Positions 57,836-64,000 of a DNA stretch of 64,000 nt are shown here, piece by piece. The stretch lies in NCBI GenBank assembly GCA_964019335.1, contig OZ025670.1, forward strand, positions 124,001-188,000. The letters are read 5' to 3'. The position numbers and the translations under genes are program-made. This stretch comes from Diplonema japonicum (lineage: Eukaryota > Protista > Euglenozoa: Diplonemea). The notes under the pieces are model-generated. The model was given only the letters and a program-made list of their open reading frames with translations. It ran no database searches and was not told where the DNA came from. Each line of letters starts with the position of its first letter. Position 1 is the first letter of the stretch.

Positions 57836-58291
57836 ATGCAAGCTGTTGAGAGAGCAGAGAAGAATGCATGCGAGGCAACGGCAACTAGAACAGAAGCTGA
57901 GGACAAGGTAACAGCCTCCCAGAGAAATCTTGCTGCGAGGGAGTCAGAGGAGCAAGTCGCGCAGCAGGCTGTTAATGAAGCTCAGCGAGACGTGAAGGAG
58001 CAAAAAGAAATACTTGGTGCCATGGGAGAAGACTTGATAAAGGCGAAGCTGGTCCAGAGGGACCTGACTGTGAAGGAGCTTGAACGCCAACTGGCTTCCT
58101 TCGAGGAGGAAACAGCAGCCCACCAGTCCTTAGTTACCCAGCTGGAGCTTCGCATTTCAACCTTGACCTCCTCCGCCCAGCGAAAGTCCGGCACAGTGAA
58201 TGCAGCGGAATCAAGGGAAACAATCCTGCGTAACAGAATCGCAGCGGCAAAGACACGAATTGAAGTCGCCAAGAAGGCTTTAGAAACATGA
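57836..58291 (+). CDS. Coiled-coil hypothetical protein
   Basis: 151-aa continuous heptad-like ORF. Confidence 0.65.
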   Translation: MQAVERAEKNACEATATRTEAEDKVTASQRNLAARESEEQVAQQAVNEAQRDVKEQKEILGAMGEDLIKAKLVQRDLTVKELERQLASFEEETAAHQSLVTQLELRISTLTSSAQRKSGTVNAAESRETILRNRIAAAKTRIEVAKKALET

Positions 58292-58393
58292 CGTTACAAT
58301 TTTTTTTTTTTACCCCCTCTCCTCTAGATTTGTTTCTTTTTTTTTTTCTTCCAAAAAAAAAAAAAAAGGGGGGGGAGAGGAGAAGAAAAAAAA

Positions 58394-60163
58394 ATGGGTC
58401 TGAAATGGATCGGTAACTACGTACAAGAAGGCAAGGAGGGCCGTCCGCACGTTAAAGAGAACTCACACCTCATCATCGACGGGGACAGCATGGTGTACAT
58501 GGTGCCTGAGACCCGCTTAGCTACAAGGGAAGACGGGATGAGGGGCTTGATAAAACGGGAGTTCCAGATGTGGAAGGAGCTCGCAGGCGACATAGTCGTC
58601 TTCTTCGACGGGTCGTCCGGCGAATGCAAGATAGCAACCTCCCTCAAAAGAAGGTCCAAGAGAAGGGGAAACTTCTCGGTCCCACTCCTCAAAGTCACCA
58701 TGAAATCCGTCCTCAAAGAACTCAGCATCCCTGTGAAGCAATGCTGGGGCGAAGCCGACAACGTAATGCTTTCCTACGCACAAGCAAAATCCCCTGAGTA
58801 CAACGAAATCTACGTCCTGACAAGAGACAGCGATTTCTTCTGCGCCAACGTTAGCATACTGTCGAGGACTAAGCTCGACTCGGAGCTCAGTCAAGTGGTG
58901 ACATACGAAAGAGAAGGAATTCTTAACGCGCTTAATCTGGAACCCCGACATCTTCCCCTGTATGCGCTGCTCGTGGAGAGCGATTATTTGGAATATGAAA
59001 ACCTGGAGTGGGTGTACAGAAAAATGTTCCCCAAAATCGACAAGGAAACCTACACCTACATGTGTAAAAAAAGCTACTGCCACAGCTTTCTCAATGTCAT
59101 TGCGGTGTACATAAAACACTGTGAAAGAAAGCTCGGTGAAGCTTTCCAGGTCACGTCAGAAGCCGGAGCAGCAGTGGCCCTGCGACAAATCATGGGGACA
59201 GACGATCCGCCCAAACACGTCTTCAAAAAGATTTGGGAAGCACTGGTAGAACTGCTACCGATACAAAGGGTGCCCGATGATATTGGACTGCCTGCAGAAT
59301 TCACGGAGGAGTTTTTAAAGGGCAATTTGGATTGCGATTTCGCCGACATGTACCTGGGAATGGAGTGGTGGGCTGATCCATTATGTGAATTGGAAGACAC
59401 CCACCCGCCTTTGGCAAGGCTACCGTTTTTCCTTCAAATTAGAAAATACCTCTACGGTTTGCTAGCGTTTCCATCGTCGAAACCTTTTAAGGAATACGGA
59501 GTGATGGGTGTGACTGAGGCAGCTAGGTATGGGCTTCTTTCACCCGCGACTTTACCGGAGCAGCTGACTGTGAAGGGTGTCAAGTACTCTTTGCAAACGA
59601 TATGGAGCCGCAGCTTGGCGCCATGCGAGGAGAACAGGATAGATGCGGTGTGCAGCATGTTGTTGGGAAGGATACTGTACCCGCGTCCCGATCTGAGGAA
59701 TGCAGATCATGTTGTGAGCCTTTTTGTGACGTGTCTTTACCATGCTTGTCCTGAAGGGGGTTTGCTCAACTTTGAGATCGAGGCCGCAATCAATGCGCTG
59801 ACCAACCATGACGAAACTATTCTCGATGATCTTGTCAAAGGAGATAAGGAACGGCAGTTGTGTTCCCTGGCAACGCATGTTCTCGTTCACATAGGCTACG
59901 CCGTCGATGTGTTCCGTGTGGCGGACAGGGTGGAGTGCGTGCGAACCGGCGCCTGGCCCACCTTTTGTTTCAGCAGCTTCTACTCCGCTTACCAACGCTT
60001 CCTCCCACCGACCGACCGTTCCAAAACAAACTTCACTGAAGCCTCCCGAACCTTCTCCCCTACGCACGCCGGTATCTTCTCGCTCTCCAGCTCGTGGTGC
60101 TCTGTCGATCTTACCTCCCTAACCGGCTCTGGTACTGCTCCTGGTTACTACAACCTACCTTAA
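58394..60163 (+). CDS. Asteroid/XPG-like PIN-domain nuclease
   Basis: MGL start followed by IIDGDS, VFFDG, GEADN and TRDSDF acidic motifs typical of FEN1/XPG/ASTE1-type PIN domains. Confidence 0.82.
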   Translation: MGLKWIGNYVQEGKEGRPHVKENSHLIIDGDSMVYMVPETRLATREDGMRGLIKREFQMWKELAGDIVVFFDGSSGECKIATSLKRRSKRRGNFSVPLLKVTMKSVLKELSIPVKQCWGEADNVMLSYAQAKSPEYNEIYVLTRDSDFFCANVSILSRTKLDSELSQVVTYEREGILNALNLEPRHLPLYALLVESDYLEYENLEWVYRKMFPKIDKETYTYMCKKSYCHSFLNVIAVYIKHCERKLGEAFQVTSEAGAAVALRQIMGTDDPPKHVFKKIWEALVELLPIQRVPDDIGLPAEFTEEFLKGNLDCDFADMYLGMEWWADPLCELEDTHPPLARLPFFLQIRKYLYGLLAFPSSKPFKEYGVMGVTEAARYGLLSPATLPEQLTVKGVKYSLQTIWSRSLAPCEENRIDAVCSMLLGRILYPRPDLRNADHVVSLFVTCLYHACPEGGLLNFEIEAAINALTNHDETILDDLVKGDKERQLCSLATHVLVHIGYAVDVFRVADRVECVRTGAWPTFCFSSFYSAYQRFLPPTDRSKTNFTEASRTFSPTHAGIFSLSSSWCSVDLTSLTGSGTAPGYYNLP

Positions 60164-60342
60164 AGTGCCTTTAAGGAAGTTTCTCGTTATTTTTCTTTTG
60201 GCCCCCCATTTTTTTTGGGGTGGGGGTACTTAAAGTATTTTTTTGGTGGGTCGTTGCTAGCACTTCTCATAGTAGTTTTTCTTCTTTTTTATTGGTTGTA
60301 TTTTGTTTGTGCTGTACAAATAACCGTATCGCAGGTTGGGAT

Positions 60343-61890
60343 ATGCTGCGCAGAGATGTCTTCGCGATGGTCGAGGCAGGGGACCTGCGCTCGCTGGAAC
60401 CTGCCATTGCACTCCGCCCTGCAGTTCTGCAGAGTAAGGACCGTGTAGGGAGGAGCTTGCTGCATGTGGCGTGCGCGGGGCAGTTTGTAGAGATCGTCGA
60501 GTTTCTCATCTCAAATGGCGCGGACGTGAAGGCCGTGGACGAGGACAAGCACACCGCAGTGCACTACAGCGTGGGTCCGCGGTCTGACACGGAAGCCTCG
60601 CTTCTGCTGGTCCGGATCCTGTCCAACGCCGGTGCTGATATTTTCCGCCCTGGCAAGAACGGTGAAACCTTGCTGCACCGCGCCGCCCGCTACGGGCATT
60701 GCCGCCTTGCCTCGTTCCTTGTCAAAGAGCTGAGGCAGCGGCACACCCAACCATCCCTGGCAATGTTGTCTGGTGCCGACGGAAGCCGTACCAGCAGAGG
60801 AGAAAGCAGGGCCACACGTTCTATTTCTGACAGAAGCTCCTCCGACCCCACGCGTGCCACACGCTCAGCCGAGTCGATAAAGATGGCCGGAAGGCGACGG
60901 CACCGTAGAAGGGGGAAGTTCATAATCCCCGAGTTCACAGTCAACCAATTTTTGAACCTCCGCAGCGACAGGGGTGAGACGGCCTTACACCTTGCCGCGG
61001 GAAACAGCCATTTAGGGGTCGTCGAGATCTTGCTGTCTTTTGAAGCAGATTCAAGCATCAAAGACTACAGGGGCCGCACGCCTTACAACCTTTCAGCCCA
61101 TTGGACCATCGGCCCTTCTACGAAAGAGCTCCGAAGCAACTTGAAGCCTGTACCTGTAGATGAAAGCGTTCCGTTGCTAGTGTTCACACCTGCAGCACCG
61201 CTGACGCCCCCGCCGCAAGAGCTGCTGCCCTTGTCGCCCAGAAGGGAAGTGTCGCCTGTGAAGACACCTAGGACGCCAGCACCGTTGAGTTACAAGAGCG
61301 AGCGGGATGGTTCTGCACTGACACCGTGTATTGATTTAATGCTGGAATTTGCAAGGGACGAGCTGAGGGAGCTGAGGGATAAGAAATCGGCTAGAGAGTC
61401 GATGCTGAAGAGGAGCGAAGCGAAAGTAGTGGTGCAAGAGCAAGAAGAGGAAGAAGAGGACGATGACGAGGGGGAAGTGCACGACGAGGAGGAAGATTTA
61501 ACGGCAAACGACGGTGAGCTCGCACCGTACCACAAAGTGCTGCACATGATCGACTGTCAGATGCTGGAGCTACGCACGGCACTCGACTCGACACAGGAAA
61601 AGCTTGACTCTGCTTCGAACGAACTGGAAAGCATGGGCTGCGCAATACCAAAATCGCTAGTGACAACCACAGAGGCACACAGCCCTCTAGACGCCAGGCT
61701 CCTTCGTAGAATCAGGAAGCGCACGGTGAACCTGGAGTCCATCGAGACAGCAGCTGCCAACAGAAACGACGACGACAGAGCAGCGCTATCCTCTCTGTTC
61801 CTGTTGGTGATCTTCCTTGGCATCGTGTACTCCATGAGAAGCATTTGGGGCGCTTATGAGACCTGGTGTGTGGCCCCGACCAGTATCTAG
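60343..61890 (+). CDS. Ankyrin repeat protein with coiled coil and C-terminal TM anchor
   Basis: GRSLLHVAC, HTAVHYS, GETLLHRAA, GETALHLAA; terminal LFLLVIFLGIVYSM. Confidence 0.88.
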   Translation: MLRRDVFAMVEAGDLRSLEPAIALRPAVLQSKDRVGRSLLHVACAGQFVEIVEFLISNGADVKAVDEDKHTAVHYSVGPRSDTEASLLLVRILSNAGADIFRPGKNGETLLHRAARYGHCRLASFLVKELRQRHTQPSLAMLSGADGSRTSRGESRATRSISDRSSSDPTRATRSAESIKMAGRRRHRRRGKFIIPEFTVNQFLNLRSDRGETALHLAAGNSHLGVVEILLSFEADSSIKDYRGRTPYNLSAHWTIGPSTKELRSNLKPVPVDESVPLLVFTPAAPLTPPPQELLPLSPRREVSPVKTPRTPAPLSYKSERDGSALTPCIDLMLEFARDELRELRDKKSARESMLKRSEAKVVVQEQEEEEEDDDEGEVHDEEEDLTANDGELAPYHKVLHMIDCQMLELRTALDSTQEKLDSASNELESMGCAIPKSLVTTTEAHSPLDARLLRRIRKRTVNLESIETAAANRNDDDRAALSSLFLLVIFLGIVYSMRSIWGAYETWCVAPTSI

Positions 61891-62024
61891 AGTTTTTTTT
61901 TATACTTTTTCTTTTGTACAACCTTTTGTCCATATGTTCCTTGTGTCTCTTTAAACAAAAACCTCTCGAAATACCACATTAAAGGCGAGTGTTGGGTGGT
62001 GGGGGGTGGGGCCCGGTGAACGAC

Positions 62025-62542
62025 ATGATCTACAGCGTGTTCGTGTTCAATCGGTTCGGGACGTGTATTTTCCATGAAGACTACACCCCGAATCAAAAAA
62101 GACCGAGGGGAAAGGAAAAGGTGTGGGTCCCGACGCAGAAAGAAGAGGACAGGTTCAAGCTTACAGCGGGTTTGGTGCACTCTGTGAAGTACTTCATCAT
62201 GGCTATGTCCAAGAAGGATGAGGTGGCAGACGGCTTTTTCGGTTTCCAAACAAATATGTACAAATGCCACTACTTGGAATCGGCTACGGGGTACCGTTTC
62301 GTGCTTCTCACCGACCCCGGGGTGCAGTTCGCGGACACAAAGCAACCCCTTCGTGAAATCTACAACACCTTCTCCCAAGTAGTGTCCAAAGACCCTTCCT
62401 ACACCCACTCGAAAACTTGTGTCATCGTTAGCCCCGCTTTCGGTGATCACTTGCACGATCTTCTCTGCCAGGTATGGATAGAGGAAGACACGCCATATAC
62501 ACTACACAGCTACCTTTCCATTCTGCCGAGCAATCTGTCTGA
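62025..62542 (+). CDS. TRAPPC1: TRAPP complex subunit Bet5/TRAPPC1 (intron 62472-62509)
   Basis: MIYSVFVFNRFGTCIF; KL..GL..S.K.F; FQTNMYKCHYLESATGYRFVLLTDP. Confidence 0.9.
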
Positions 62543-62750
62543 GCGAAACTTGTGGTGGGGAGGAGGGGGGGGGGGGGGGGGGGAGAAACGAAAAGGAAAG
62601 AAAAAGACAAATTTGTAGCGTTTGCTATCCCTGCTTTGAGTGTACTATACTGATATACTGAGACTTTCACACCCCCCCCCCCCCCCCCCTCCTTCCCCCT
62701 CCCCCTTCTCCTCAACCATCAAAAAAAAGAGAGAGAAAGAGATTGCAAAC

Positions 62751-62804
62751 ATGGACGTTCGGCAGGAGCTCATCGCCATGGGCATCGAAGGAAGTGCCAA
62801 CAAG
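62751..62804 (+). CDS. KAE1: Exon 1 of t6A synthase Kae1/OSGEP (remainder not in window)
   Basis: MDVRQELIAMGIEGSANK contains the Kae1 signature (LG.EGSANK) and is followed directly by a GT donor. Confidence 0.75.
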
Positions 62805-62849
62805 GTGTGTGTTTTTTTTTTCTCTCTTTTTTTCTTCAAGATGGTACAC

Positions 62850-64000
62850 ATGATGACAAACCTTCACTTTAACATGCGTGTCTTTAACCTGACCTTTTGT
62901 GTTTGATGAATACCTTTAACTTTGGCTTGCTCTTTCTGACATGTTGCAAAAATACACAACGGAATGAGCAACCTTTTTAGGAAACCATGGCAGGGCTTGT
63001 TACAGTGCCTTGCGAAATGGGCCGTAAGGTCTGCGAGAGTTAATTCCTGCCTTCTGGTGTTTTTGTGGCAAAAACAAATCTGAAACGAGTGATGACAACG
63101 AAGCACCCTCTCCGGTCTCCAGCAAAACAATGCGAGATACAGCGTTGCTTTTATACCCCGTTACCCGTCTGACTTTTCTTCATTTGTTGCCCTGCATTTG
63201 TTTCTTTCCAATCCCCAAACAACATGATGACAAACCTTCACTTTAACATGCGTGTCTTTAACCTGACCTTTTGTGCTTGATGAATACCTTTAACTTTGGC
63301 TTGCTCTTTCTGACATGTTGAATAAGGCCCTCCATGGACAAAGCAACAGAGATGATTACATATAAGCAGTCTCCCTCTTCGTGAATGGTTTTGACGAGAA
63401 CCTGCTATTCGAACCTAATTACATTTTCCGATGATTTCTGTGCGAAAGAGAGAAATGGATAAGGAAAATGAAAGAAATGTAGAAAAGAGCCATCAAATAC
63501 CATTACTTCCTCTTCTCTGTAGTTAGTAAAGGGCCGCTTTGGTCACGAGATCATCATGGATCCCACTCTGGACCCGTGTGAGAGTGAAGACAATGATGAG
63601 GAAGTGCACACCTCACCAGCTGGCCACACATCATGGCCTTGATTGGTCCCTTAGCTGCACGAGAGCTGTGGTCCTCTCCTTGCAGGCAAATAGTGGAGCA
63701 ACCTTTTTAGGAAACCATGGCAGGGCTTTTTACAGTGCCTTGCGAAATGGGCCGTAAGGTCTGCGAGAGTTATTTCCTCTATTTTTGGTCTCTGTACCAA
63801 GAATGATGACAACGAAGCACCCTCTCCGGTCTCCAGCAAAACCATGCGAGATACAGCGTTGCTTTTATACCCCGTTACCCGTCTGACTTTTCTTCATTTT
63901 GTTGCCTTTGGTTCTTCCCATTTATTTCTTAAAAATATGATGACAAACCTTCACTTTAACATGCGTGTCTTTAACCTGACCTTTTGTGTTTGATGAATAC
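62850..64000 (+). ncRNA. snoRNA array 5 (CD2,B,CD1,CD2,CD3,D,C,B,CD1,CD2 truncated by window end)
   Basis: Same modules; begins 45 nt after the KAE1 donor site. Confidence 0.9.

Overview
Eukaryotic nuclear DNA, most likely from a euglenozoan (diplonemid-like). Three observations support this: every recognisable protein gene is on the + strand; genes carry tiny GT-AG introns; and there are single-hairpin AGA-box pseudouridylation guides, one of which fits the euglenozoan SSU rRNA variant GCCAUUUGUACA. About 20 protein genes sit in homopolymer-rich intergenic DNA, including a TRPV-like channel, metE, IleRS, Lsm14/Scd6, TRAPPC1, an asteroid-like PIN nuclease, two PX proteins, an EF-hand/WD40 protein, an EcKL kinase, a glycosyltransferase and exon 1 of KAE1. 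The dominant unexplained structure is a dispersed, modular snoRNA system. Five arrays (19.1-22.0, 27.3-28.1, 33.3-35.6, 48.8-51.3 and 62.85-64 kb) are built from the same seven near-invariant modules (three box C/D, four AGA-box hairpins; roughly 80 copies counted by eye). The modules are reshuffled along a common order with exchangeable stem-forming spacers. The assignable guides point at SSU rRNA, and one array starts inside KAE1. Also present: two pogo-like TA-flanked transposon relics, a Y-shaped GCGAAGC hairpin element (Crypton-like), introns with poly(A) instead of a polypyrimidine tract, and several unexplained fold-back islands. All target assignments and family names come from reading motifs by eye, not from searches.
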